Shown here: positions 1 to 8,191 of the stretch, one piece after another
Numbering within the stretch: the stretch's first letter is position 1
Layout: each line of letters opens with the position of its first letter
Origin: Candidatus Electrothrix sp. GW3-4
GTDB lineage: Bacteria > Desulfobacterota > Desulfobulbia > Desulfobulbales > Desulfobulbaceae
Length of the DNA: 32,000 nt
Reading direction: 5' to 3'
NCBI RefSeq assembly: GCF_037902255.1
Contig: NZ_CP147990.1
Location: 660,001 to 692,000, forward strand
Translations under genes and position numbers: made by a program
Notes under the pieces: generated by a model
What the model was told of the DNA's origin: nothing
What the model saw: only the letters and a program-made list of their open reading frames with translations
Database searches by the model: none

Positions 1-833
1 CCCAGAATCATGGTTTTCCCTGATCCGGCGACCCCGTGAACCACCCTGTGCCCTTCACCGAGTCCCCGCGCCAACTTCTCCTGTTTAATATCCATGACCT
101 TAACGAGGTCCTGAAAATCTTCGATAAACGGTGATGAGGTGTCTTTGTCAGGGCCGAAAAGTTCTTCTTCGGTGAATTGCTCATCAAGACGAATTTCCGG
201 GAAAAGGTGCCAGCGGATACGGTCAATTTCCGGCATGGTCAGGGTACGGTTAAACCGATAGTGGAACATACCCCAAAGCTGTTCCTGAAATTTTTCCACA
301 TCGGCACCCTCGTACATCTCATCCTTATAAATCATCAGGTGATCCGGCAGGAGGTTTTCGCGCCTGTCATCAGGTATCGCCTTTTCAACCTGCGTGCGGG
401 TGATGTTTGTGAATACGCAGCCCCAGCCCCAGGTCATGATCGGCTTCCCCTGGTACTTTCCCTCTTTATTGCAGAGCATGGGATCGCGCTTGAGTTTATT
501 TACGACCACGTATGTATAGTCGCGAGCCTGTTCTAAAGGATGCTGTACCTTCTGCAAGCCGGTATCAAGCAATAATTTAACGTATGAACTTGAAATAGTA
601 CTTATGGTCGTCAGCTTCCAGTCCTTTATTTCAAGGCAGAGTATGCCACGGGACGGGTGAAGGATAATAAAGTCAGGGTAGCGTTGCTGCCTGCCTATGG
701 GGATGTCGTACCAAATGGTATAGTCATCCTCAAGAAAGGTCTGTAATCGGCGCGCAAATCGAAGTTCTCCGGCAGTCATACGACTGATGGTTTGCGCATT
801 AAGCGGCGGGATCATTTCTGCCATTATCGGCAT
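1..833 (-). CDS. NERD-domain protein fused to a P-loop (UvrD/AAA_30-like) helicase; 5' part only, gene runs off the left edge
   Basis: Absent from the ORF track because no stop lies in the window. I checked the reverse frame codon by codon from 851 down to 3 and it is open. In-frame ATGs lie at 833 and 824. Translation from 824: MAEMIPPLNAQTISRMTAGELRFARRLQTFLEDDYTIWYDIPIGRQQRYPDFIILHPSRGILCLEIKDWKL... (NERD-like core). It ends at the window edge with ...GEGHRVVHGVAGSGKTMILG (Walker A). No clear SD at either ATG. Confidence 0.75.
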   Translation of the reverse strand, partial: MPIMAEMIPPLNAQTISRMTAGELRFARRLQTFLEDDYTIWYDIPIGRQQRYPDFIILHPSRGILCLEIKDWKLTTISTISSSYVKLLLDTGLQKVQHPLEQARDYTYVVVNKLKRDPMLCNKEGKYQGKPIMTWGWGCVFTNITRTQVEKAIPDDRRENLLPDHLMIYKDEMYEGADVEKFQEQLWGMFHYRFNRTLTMPEIDRIRWHLFPEIRLDEQFTEEELFGPDKDTSSPFIEDFQDLVKVMDIKQEKLARGLGEGHRVVHGVAGSGKTMIL

Positions 834-949
834 CCGTAGGGAGGTGTTTTTTTATGTTCGATAATCGTTCATTAGAAAGCGTTTGAATTCATTTATATAA
901 AAATGATTTACGGAAAAAACAATAGAAAGATGGTGGGAGGTATGGAGTG

Positions 950-1030
950 TGGTATCACACCCCATTTTTAAACCGCGCAGTGATGGGGGATACAGAGAGG
1001 GCTCTAAGGTTCGAATCCTAAATACAGAGC
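950..1030 (+). repeat. Terminator-associated intergenic repeat family, copy 1 (~80 nt, tRNA T-arm-like GGTTCGAATCC core)
   Basis: TGGTATCACACCCCATTTTTAAACCGCGCAGTGATGGGGGATACAGAGAGGGCTCTAAGGTTCGAATCC... aligns by eye to 6061-6140 at roughly 80 percent identity. Both copies continue into AAAAAAACGGG plus a hairpin. Confidence 0.6.
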
Positions 1031-1032
1031 AA

Positions 1033-1066
1033 CAAAAAAACGGGTCGTACACTAAGTACAAACCCA
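1033..1066 (-). terminator. Rho-independent terminator of the propeller-repeat gene
   Basis: On the minus strand, a GGGTTTGTAC/GTACGACCC stem (1042-1065) is followed by TTTTTTTG (plus-strand A-run 1034-1040). It lies about 30 nt after the stop at 1097. Confidence 0.6.
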
Positions 1067-1096
1067 GCAATCCTGATGATTTACCGGATACTCCTT

Positions 1097-2986
1097 TTAC
1101 AGCAAAAGAAAAAGGACACTCGGAAGGAATCTCGATACGGCAGATAAGCGATGATGCATAATGAGGCCTTGGTCTCCCACGGCAAAAACATCATTATGAG
1201 TTCCCCATATCGCATAAATATAAGAGCTGTAGGGAAACGAAATCTGAATTCCTATATCCATCTTTTTCCATACTTCACCATCATAATGCAAAATTGTATT
1301 GAGTCCAACTGCAAAAACATCGGTGCTGCTCCTGCCCCAGACAGCATTAAGAGAAGGGCCAGACGCCATATGAGTCCATACTGTACCATCATAATGCAGG
1401 ATCGATCCCCAGCGTCCTACGACAAAAATATCATTACCGCTCGTACCCCAGATTCCTTCAAGATTTTCCTGCGTTCCTGATACCATTGCACTCCAACCTG
1501 TACCATCATAATGCAGGATTGTTCCCTCTTCACCCACCGCAAAAACATCATTGTCACCGGCCCCCCAGATTCCGTTAAGTCGATTGATGCTCCCCGACAA
1601 CATAGGAGTCCAAGTAGATCCGTCGTAATGTTGTATGATTGCCTGCTGAGGCATGTAGTCATATCCCACCGCAAAAACATTACTATCGCTGGAGCCCCAG
1701 ACACCATTAAGATATCCGTCAGTTCCTGATGTCATGGGATTCCAGGCAGTGCCATCATAATGCTCAATCGACCCTCTGTCACCTACCGCAAAAACATCGG
1801 TACCGCTGTTACCCCAGACAGCATTAAGAGAAGGACCAGATTTCATAGGAGTCCATGCTGTACCATCATAATGCATGATAGAATTGATGGTACCAAAGAA
1901 CCACGAATCCCAATATCCCACCGCAAAGACATCAGTAGCACTACTACCCCAAATACCATAAAGAGGATACTCTGTTCCTGATGCTGTCATAGGCGTCGCT
2001 TGGGTGCCATCAAAATGATATATAATTCCTCCATCAACAAATTCATCACCAATTTGATCCGCAAGAGAACACACCACAAAGATATCATTAAACCCAGTCC
2101 CCCAGATACTGGAACAGTGTCTGGCAAGGGGGCCTGATAACGGGATGCTGTCGTTAGGGTACCATGTGTTGCCATAGCCCAATATCATACCGAAATAACC
2201 AAGGGTAAATACATACTGCCCATCGTCGGTTCCCCAAATGACGTCAGGTACACTGGCCCCACCAGGCATATCTGTCATAAGAGACCATCCAGTTCCGTCA
2301 TAATGCAGCACTTCAGAACCTGTTACCATATAAACGTTATCCGAACTCGTACCCCATATATCAAGAAGCGACGGTGTATAACCGTATGTTATAAACCACT
2401 CAATTCCCAATGTCATAGGGTTCCATACTACTCCATCATAATGCAGAATCGTTTCGTTATCGCCCACAGCAAAGATATCACTATCGCTAGACCCCCAGAT
2501 GGCATTGAAAGCTTCCAACGTTCCCGATACTATCGAATTCCATGTTGAACCATCATAATGCAAAAGCGTTCCATTATCGCCTACCACAAAAACGTTTTCT
2601 CCGCTGGTACCCCAGATTCCTTGAAGATTTTCCAGCGTTCCTGATGTCATCGCACCCCAAACCGTACCATCATAATGTAGAATCGTTCCATTATCGCCTA
2701 CAACAAAAACGTCCTTATTGCTATCTCCCCAGATTCCCTCAAGATTTTCTAGTGTTCCCGACACCATTGGAGTCCATCCTGTACCATCATAATGCAGAAT
2801 AGAACCATCAACTCCAACAGAAAAAACGTCGGTATCACTGGCCCCCCAAACATCAACCTGCGCTGGAATATATTCAATAATCGGATTCTGTTTGCACCAT
2901 TTCCCCACAGGACAAACTTCTGCATACGTTAGTAACGGGCATAAAATCATAACAAAAAACAAACCACAAAAGATTATACGTATCAT
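1097..2986 (-). CDS. Secreted beta-propeller repeat protein (about 12-13 blade-like ~40-aa repeats; Ycf48/BNR-like blades)
   Basis: 629-aa ORF. Signal-like N-terminus MIRIIFCGLFFVMILCPLLTYA. Tandem units with consensus VFAVGdxGtILHYDGtxWtpMtSGt..L.gIWG; ILHYDG-type cores occur about 12 times. A GGAGGAGGAG SD lies just upstream of the ATG at 2986. Plus-strand ORFs across 1151-2802 are shadows of the repeats. Confidence 0.85.
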   Translation of the reverse strand: MIRIIFCGLFFVMILCPLLTYAEVCPVGKWCKQNPIIEYIPAQVDVWGASDTDVFSVGVDGSILHYDGTGWTPMVSGTLENLEGIWGDSNKDVFVVGDNGTILHYDGTVWGAMTSGTLENLQGIWGTSGENVFVVGDNGTLLHYDGSTWNSIVSGTLEAFNAIWGSSDSDIFAVGDNETILHYDGVVWNPMTLGIEWFITYGYTPSLLDIWGTSSDNVYMVTGSEVLHYDGTGWSLMTDMPGGASVPDVIWGTDDGQYVFTLGYFGMILGYGNTWYPNDSIPLSGPLARHCSSIWGTGFNDIFVVCSLADQIGDEFVDGGIIYHFDGTQATPMTASGTEYPLYGIWGSSATDVFAVGYWDSWFFGTINSIMHYDGTAWTPMKSGPSLNAVWGNSGTDVFAVGDRGSIEHYDGTAWNPMTSGTDGYLNGVWGSSDSNVFAVGYDYMPQQAIIQHYDGSTWTPMLSGSINRLNGIWGAGDNDVFAVGEEGTILHYDGTGWSAMVSGTQENLEGIWGTSGNDIFVVGRWGSILHYDGTVWTHMASGPSLNAVWGRSSTDVFAVGLNTILHYDGEVWKKMDIGIQISFPYSSYIYAIWGTHNDVFAVGDQGLIMHHRLSAVSRFLPSVLFLLL

Positions 2987-3135
2987 CTCCTCCTCCTTTA
3001 TTTTTTTTGATATTTACCTGAGAAGAACATAAATAATATTATCTTGTCAATTTCTTTAGGAAACCTAGAGACCGTAAATGCAAATTGTTATTAACTGTGA
3101 GCTAAAAACAATGGTTCGGTAAATTTTCCTTCCTA

Positions 3136-4125
3136 TCATACGAGTGCTCCCGCAGTGTTGAGCAGTTCTTCATAATCGAAATCGAATTTATCCGAAGTCA
3201 GATCAATATCCAACTTGGATAAAATACGATCAAGAAATAATTTGCTGGAATAATATTCAGTTATATTTCTCATCGAAAATGGAGTACCCTGATTCTCGAC
3301 TTTGTCAAAGAAGTCAGCTTTTGCAAGTGATACGGAGGTCAATGAACAATTGAAGTGAAAAAACAGCTTATTTTCACTTCGCGCCTGACAATGCGTGAGG
3401 CCGGTATATTGCTTCGCATCCCGAAAGAGAAACTCTATCTGAAAGCGAGCCTTGTAATATTTGTAAATCAGCAATCCGGCCAGGTTCATATCAGTGGAGA
3501 AAAGAACTGCATAACTATCGGTGCCTTTTTTGCTGATATAAGCAATGCGAATGTTACGCTTCAGTGAAACACTATTGACATTCGCTGTATATATAATGAT
3601 CTCATCGTCTTCATAGCAGATATCAAAGCGGCCGAGCTCAAGGTTCTTCCATAGGATTTTGCCGTCATATTGCTTCGGCTTGCCTGGCCCCGGCTTCCTT
3701 GGACCAGTGTATAAATATCGTAAGTTAGCATCTCGGCGTAATTTACTGACGAGATGTAGTTCAGTGTTTTCAACGATGCCGTCGGCGAACTTTTTCTTTG
3801 CAGCAGCGCCGTCGTAGACAAAGTAATCAGCAAGCTCTTTGAGTTCCTCGGCACGCCTGCTCACTTGATCGACATAGAAGTCGATTCGGCTTTCGTTGTC
3901 GGGAAGATTTCCCGGAGTTTGCTCGCATTCAAGATGAATAGCTGTATTTGAGCCAACATCAACAACCGCGAGAGAGCTAATTTCCAGTCCGGGCATCGCC
4001 TTGGAGACACATCCGTTCCAGAACTTGGCGGTATGAGGAGTTCTTTTGCCAGCTTTCGGAACGAAAGAACAGTCTCCTGCGATAATTCGATGTGGAGAGC
4101 AGAACTGTTTCGCAAGCTGCTTATT
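3136..4125 (-). pseudogene. Transposase of IS copy A, C-terminal ~330 codons (N-terminus severed by copy B)
   Basis: The translation aligns along its whole length to residues ~66-395 of the intact 395-aa transposase (NKQLAKQFCSPHRIIAGDCSF vs NKQLAERFCSPHRILAGDCSF). The apparent TTG start at 4126-4128 is actually the terminal TTG of the copy B inverted repeat. Confidence 0.85.
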
Positions 4126-5492
4126 CAATGGTTCGGTAAATTTTGCTTCAGATTATGCAAGTGCAGCCGCTGTATTCAACAGTTCTTCATAATCGAAGTT
4201 GAATTTATCTGAAACTAGCTCAATATCCAGTTTGGATAAAATTCGGTCGAGAAATAATTTTGCGGAATAATAGTCTGTTATATCCCTCATCGAAAAAGGT
4301 GCTCCTTGACTTTCGGCATCGCTATAAAAGTTCGCTTTAGCGATTGAAACAGCGGTCAGCGAAGAGTTGAAGTGAAAATACAGCTTGTTTTCACTTCGTG
4401 CCTGACAATGTGTGAGGCCGGTATATTGTTTCGCATCCCGAAAGAGAAATTCTATCTGAAATCGAGCCTTGTAATATTTATAAATCAAAAATCCGTCCAG
4501 ATTCAAATCGGTAGAGAAAAGAATAGCATAACTGTCGGAGCATTTTTTGTAGATATAGGCGATACGAACATTGCACTTCAGCAATACACTATTGACGACA
4601 GCAGTATATATAATAATTTCATCATCTTCATAACAGGTGTCGAAACGATCCGTCTCAAGTTTTTTCCATCGAATTTTTCCGTCATATTGCCTCGGTCGAC
4701 CCGGTCCCGGCTTCTTTGGCCCTGTATACAAATAGCGCATATTCGCATTTTTGGGAAATTTGCTGACAAGATGCAACCCGGTATTTTCAGTGATGCCATC
4801 GACAAACTTTTTCTTTGCCGCAGCACCGTCGTAAACAAAATAGTCAGCGATTTCTTTGAGTTCCTGGGCACGGTTGATTACTTGATTAACATAGAAATCG
4901 ATTCGACTTTCATTGTCGGGTAGAGTTGCCGAAGTTTGCTCACATTCAAGATGAAAAGCTGTATTCGCCTCAAGGTCGATAACCGCAAGAGAGCTTATTT
5001 CAAGTCCAGGCAGCGACTTGGAAGCACATCCACTCCAGAACTTGGCAACATGGGGAGTCTTTTTCCCTGCCTTCGGGATGAAGGAGCAGTCTCCGGCAAG
5101 AATTCTGTGAGGAGAACAGAACCTCTCCGCAAGTTGCTTGTTAAAATTGAAAAAATCAAATTCTTTCTCAAAATGACTCCGATATGTTTTCTCGGAGAAA
5201 CGACCATGTCGGGCCATCGCGAGAAAATTGATCCGACCCGGCAGAGCGATGAAAAGAGTAAAAATATGGATCAGGGCGTTTTTCCTGACAGCTTTTATCT
5301 TCTCTATTTCGCTTAAAATACTTCTGATTTTTTGATTCATTATTCTGCATATCCAGTAAAAATTCTAAAAAAGTTTCTGGACAGCAGGGAGATAAGTAAA
5401 AAATACTGTTGATTTTTATTCAAGATTTTTTAGTCTTTAAAAGACTCTGAATATCATTTGCTTGCAGCTGAGAAAAAATTACCGAACCATTG
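4126..5492 (-). mobile_element. IS4-superfamily insertion sequence, copy B (intact, 1367 bp), nested inside copy A
   Basis: IRs CAATGGTTCGGTAAATTTT (4126-) and ...AAAATTACCGAACCATTG (to 5492). It is flanked by a direct TTATT (4121-4125 and 5493-5497), a 5-bp TSD. It carries one 395-aa transposase ORF. Confidence 0.9.
4153..5340 (-). CDS. DDE transposase, IS4 superfamily (size and 5-bp TSD fit IS701/ISH3-like groups)
   Basis: 395 aa. The C-terminal YKARFQIEFLFRDAKQ fits the IS4-type Y-(2)-R-(3)-E-(6)-K signature. It sits between the IRs of copy B. Confidence 0.9.
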   Translation of the reverse strand: MNQKIRSILSEIEKIKAVRKNALIHIFTLFIALPGRINFLAMARHGRFSEKTYRSHFEKEFDFFNFNKQLAERFCSPHRILAGDCSFIPKAGKKTPHVAKFWSGCASKSLPGLEISSLAVIDLEANTAFHLECEQTSATLPDNESRIDFYVNQVINRAQELKEIADYFVYDGAAAKKKFVDGITENTGLHLVSKFPKNANMRYLYTGPKKPGPGRPRQYDGKIRWKKLETDRFDTCYEDDEIIIYTAVVNSVLLKCNVRIAYIYKKCSDSYAILFSTDLNLDGFLIYKYYKARFQIEFLFRDAKQYTGLTHCQARSENKLYFHFNSSLTAVSIAKANFYSDAESQGAPFSMRDITDYYSAKLFLDRILSKLDIELVSDKFNFDYEELLNTAAALA

Positions 5493-5696
5493 TTATTGAA
5501 TTTGAAAAAAATCGAACTTTTCCTCAAAATGTTTTCGATATGTTTTCTCCGAAAAATGGCCGTGACGAGCCATTGCAAGAAAATTTACCCGACCCGGCAA
5601 CGCGACAAAGAGAGTGAAAATATGGATCAAGGCGTTTTTTCTGACAGTTTTGAGTCCCTCTGAACAGTTTAAAATGCTTCTGATTCTTCGTTCCAT
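5493..5696 (-). pseudogene. Transposase of IS copy A, N-terminal ~66 codons
   Basis: MERRIRSILNCSEGLKTVRKNALIHIFTLFVALPGRVNFLAMARHGHFSEKTYRKHFEEKFDFF aligns to the N-terminus of the intact copy. It ends exactly at the copy B insertion point. A T7 run where copy B has T6 also shifts the frame just before the junction. Confidence 0.85.
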
Positions 5697-6060
5697 CGCT
5701 TTGCGCCCCGGTGATAATTTACAGGAAAGATCCGGGACAACAGAGAAGGAACTAGAAAATACTATTAAATTTTATTCAACCCTATTGTTAAGCGTAGGCG
5801 GTTCTGAACATTGTCTGTTCATAACTGAAAAAAAATTACCGAACCATTGAAAAAACGAGTTCTAACATCGACGACGTTCATGACGGCCAAAAAGAAAAAA
5901 AGGCCGAAAAGCCGGGTTGGAGGGCCGTAAGGAGGGCTATTTTGCGCAACTGGTGCAAATCAGACCGTCTCAATCCGTTTAAAATGGTCTCTAGTGGACT
6001 GAGTCGGTCATTTTTTACGGCCTCTCATGCCGTCGTTCCGAGCAAGAAATGCATCCACTC

Positions 6061-6140
6061 TGGTATCGCAGCCCAAAATCAAACTGCGCAGTGATGGGGG
6101 TTACAGCGGGGGCTCTAAGGTTCGAATCCCAGAGGCAGGC
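6061..6140 (+). repeat. Terminator-associated intergenic repeat family, copy 2
   Basis: TGGTATCGCAGCCCAAAATCAAACTGCGCAGTGATGGGGGTTACAGCGGGGGCTCTAAGGTTCGAATCCCAGAGGCAGGCCAATAAAAAAACGGG. It is a direct repeat of 950-1030. Its 3' part (CAGGCCAATAAAAAAACGGGCTACGTGCTGAGCACG) also matches 8106-8146. Confidence 0.6.
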
Positions 6141-6188
6141 CAATAAAAAAACGGGCTACGTGCTGAGCACGCACGGTCAACTGACCAC

Positions 6189-6229
6189 AAAAAAAGGGTC
6201 GCTAGCAATTAAGCTGGCGGCCCTTTTTT
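6189..6229. terminator. Bidirectional rho-independent terminator at the trailer end of the CRISPR array
   Basis: AAAAAAA-GGGTCGCTAGC-aattaa-GCTGGCGGCCC-TTTTTTG. This is an ~11-bp stem (with G-U pairs) flanked by an A-run and a T-run. On the minus strand it would terminate the pre-crRNA transcript. Confidence 0.6.
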
Positions 6230-6254
6230 GTGCCTTATCAACAGGCAAGATGTT

Positions 6255-7550
6255 CAGATAATACCCTCTTCATAGGGTAGGCCGTTGCAACACCATGTAT
6301 ACCACCCAATCCGAAAACATAGGGGCAGATAATACCCTCTTCATAGGGTAGGTGTTACGACGGGTGCTGGTTGTGAAATTGGAGCTGATGAGGATGAGAT
6401 CGTCTTAATACCCTCTTCATAGGGTAGGTGTTACGACGGAGCGCTGTCGTATATCGGCAACGGACCAAAGTCTTAATACCCTCTTCATAGGGTAGGTGTT
6501 ACGACCCTCCATTATTTCTGGGCAACTGCGGGACTTTCGTCTTAATACCCTCTTCATAGGGTAGGTGTTACGACATCCTGAGGTGTTAAGACCAGGCAAA
6601 AAAGCAAGTCTTAATACCCTCTTCATAGGGTAGGTGTTACGACTGGATACATAACATATAACTCACTAGAGAAAAGAGTCTTAATACCCTCTTCATAGGG
6701 TAGGTGTTACGACCGATTCACACCTTAAAACACTCAACAAAGGGAAGGTCTTAATACCCTCTTCATAGGGTAGGTGTTACGACTGCCCCCCTCCCGGGGG
6801 TTGTAATCTCTAAGAACTGTCTTAATACCCTCTTCATAGGGTAGGTGTTACGACTATAAATTTCCACGCCAGAGTGGGAAAAGAGGTCGTCTTAATACCC
6901 TCTTCATAGGGTAGGTGTTACGACGGCATGTGTCCTCAAAAAAGTCAATCTCTGGGGTCTTAATACCCTCTTCATAGGGTAGGTGTTACGACTGACTGGG
7001 ATAATAGAAGAGAAGGCGGAGATGGTCTTAATACCCTCTTCATAGGGTAGGTGTTACGACGGGTCCCTACACCGATGTATGGATAGCATCTGGCGTCTTA
7101 ATACCCTCTTCATAGGGTAGGTGTTACGACGTGGAAAAGGAATTGAAGACAGTTTATCTCGACTCGTCTTAATACCCTCTTCATAGGGTAGGTGTTACGA
7201 CACGAATTTACGGATCCATGGGGCTTCCGATGCTTTCTGTCTTAATACCCTCTTCATAGGGTAGGTGTTACGACAGAAAGGCATCCGAAAATGGAAAGAA
7301 AATCCTGTCTTAATACCCTCTTCATAGGGTAGGTGTTACGACTGAAAAGCTGATACAAATGGAGGAAAATCCATGAGTCTTAATACCCTCTTCATAGGGT
7401 AGGTGTTACGACCTTGGCTGGTAGCGATGAGACTGGATCTGTCAGTCTTAATACCCTCTTCATAGGGTAGGTGTTACGACTGTGGGGATGGCTACGGGGA
7501 GAAACCATGCGATGGTCTTAATACCCTCTTCATAGGGTAGGTGTTACGAC
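6255..7550 (-). CRISPR. CRISPR array, 19 repeats (36 nt) and 18 spacers (32-40 nt); probable minus-strand transcription; no cas genes in window
   Basis: Plus-strand repeat GTCTTAATACCCTCTTCATAGGGTAGGTGTTACGAC. Repeat starts: 6255, 6326, 6402, 6470, 6539, 6608, 6678, 6748, 6819, 6889, 6957, 7025, 7095, 7166, 7239, 7307, 7377, 7445, 7515. Seventeen repeats are identical; the two at the low-coordinate end are degenerate (CAGATAAT... start, and the first also ends CCGTTGCAA). Minus-strand form is GTCGTAACACC-TACCCT-ATGAAG-AGGGTA-TTAAGAC, with a 6-bp hairpin and an ATTAAGAC 3' handle resembling the ATTGAAAC/G handle of Cas6-processed class 1 repeats. Degenerate repeats at the low end plus an AT-rich flank at the high end set the orientation. 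Confidence 0.95.
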
Positions 7551-7930
7551 AGCACCCTTTCTTTAAAGAATAATGTATTCAACAGATTAAGCAAGTAAAA
7601 AAATGACATGGAAACGCGTTTTGAAAGTTGTGAATTTTGAACCGGCATTTTAGACAAAAAGACAATGTTATGCATAACATTGTGACTAAAAAGTCATAAT
7701 CAGTAAAGTAAATTGAACAAACGGTTTTTTGCTGTAAGTTTTCTTCTGTACTTCAAAAGGAATAGCTACAAAAAATAAATTATGACGAATAATGACAGGG
7801 GCAAAAAATAAGCCGAAAAAATTTGATGTCTGACCATTTTTTCACCCTACCTGCTGCATTTCTTCATATCAATATGGTACCATATCCAGTCGAATGCTTA
7901 AATAGAAAGATAGATAACAGTATCAGCCAA
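7551..7930 (-). promoter_or_regulatory. Probable CRISPR leader (AT-rich), containing a 22-bp perfect palindrome
   Basis: AT-rich non-coding stretch adjoining the perfectly conserved repeats. The palindrome ACAATGTTATGCATAACATTGT lies at 7662-7683, about 110 nt from the first repeat. Confidence 0.55.
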
Positions 7931-7940
7931 AACCAGAGGC

Positions 7941-8113
7941 CGCAGCAGTGATACGGGCTTGAATGCCGAGACTAGAGGGCGAGCGGACCCCGCCGCCAAA
8001 TCTTCCCCAGCAGATCTGGAAAAAAACACAGGTCAGCTCTATTTGCGTGCTTGAGGATGCGATTGCTCACAGGGAGTTCGCCTTAACCGGGGAAGCCTCC
8101 TACTGTCAGGCAA
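7941..8113 (+). repeat. Terminator-associated intergenic repeat family, copy 3 (long variant)
   Basis: It starts CGCAGCAGTGATACGGGC (compare GCGCAGTGATGGGGG in copies 1 and 2). It ends CAGGCAATAAAAAACCGGGTCACGCGCTTGAGCATG (compare CAGGCCAATAAAAAAACGGGCTACGTGCTGAGCACG in copy 2). The middle differs and lacks the T-arm-like core. Confidence 0.4.
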
Positions 8114-8150
8114 TAAAAAACCGGGTCACGCGCTTGAGCATGTACCCGGT
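8114..8150 (-). terminator. Rho-independent terminator of the CZB-domain gene
   Basis: On the minus strand, an ACCGGGT...ACCCGGT stem (8120-8126 / 8144-8150) is followed by TTTTTTATT. It lies about 40 nt after the stop at 8192. Confidence 0.7.
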
Positions 8151-8191
8151 GTCAAATCAAATCTGATCTACTACAATCAATGAGAGAAAGC

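Larger units (their letters stand above)
3109..5849 (-). mobile_element. IS4-superfamily insertion sequence, copy A, split by insertion of copy B
   Basis: Terminal inverted repeats CAATGGTTCGGTAAATTTT (3109-3127) and AAAATTACCGAACCATTG (ending 5849). Flanks are ...GCTAAAAA|IS|AAAAAACGAG, giving a 5-bp AAAAA duplication. Without copy B and its TSD the length is about 1369 bp, matching copy B. Confidence 0.85.

Noticed and set aside
1000-1020. Possible tRNA or tRNA fragment because of GGTTCGAATCC (also at 6118-6128)
   Set aside because: The flanks do not form a 5-bp T-stem (4/5 pairs in copy 1, 2-3/5 in copy 2). No acceptor or anticodon arms can be drawn. It is reported only as a repeat with a T-arm-like core.
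1151-2802. Series of plus-strand ORFs (109, 72, 73, 81 and 86 aa) with recurring IIMQ/HRKNI peptides
   Set aside because: These are antisense reflections of the 40-aa repeat units of the propeller gene. The minus-strand 629-aa ORF has a signal peptide, an SD and a terminator.
3355-5316. Plus-strand ORFs inside the IS copies (70, 183 and 126 aa) and alternative-frame minus ORFs (97, 84, 97 and 70 aa)
   Set aside because: All overlap the transposase reading frame, which carries the YREK signature. The paired occurrence in both IS copies only reflects IS homology.
5868-6046. Imperfect inverted repeat CGACGACGTTCATGACGGCCAAAAA / TTTTTTACGGCCTCTCATGCCGTCG flanking about 180 bp, a possible MITE or structured RNA
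   Set aside because: The arms need several gaps or mismatches, there is no TSD, and there is no second copy in the window. The evidence is too weak to call.
6417-6626. 69-aa minus-strand ORF in the track
   Set aside because: It lies entirely within the CRISPR array. Its periodic peptide (NTYPMKRVLR repeated) is simply the translated repeat.
6291-7514. Self-targeting spacers against the window (IS copies, hrpA cassettes and others)
   Set aside because: I compared the 18 spacers by eye with the rest of the window and saw no match. This needs a computational search and is not evidence of absence.
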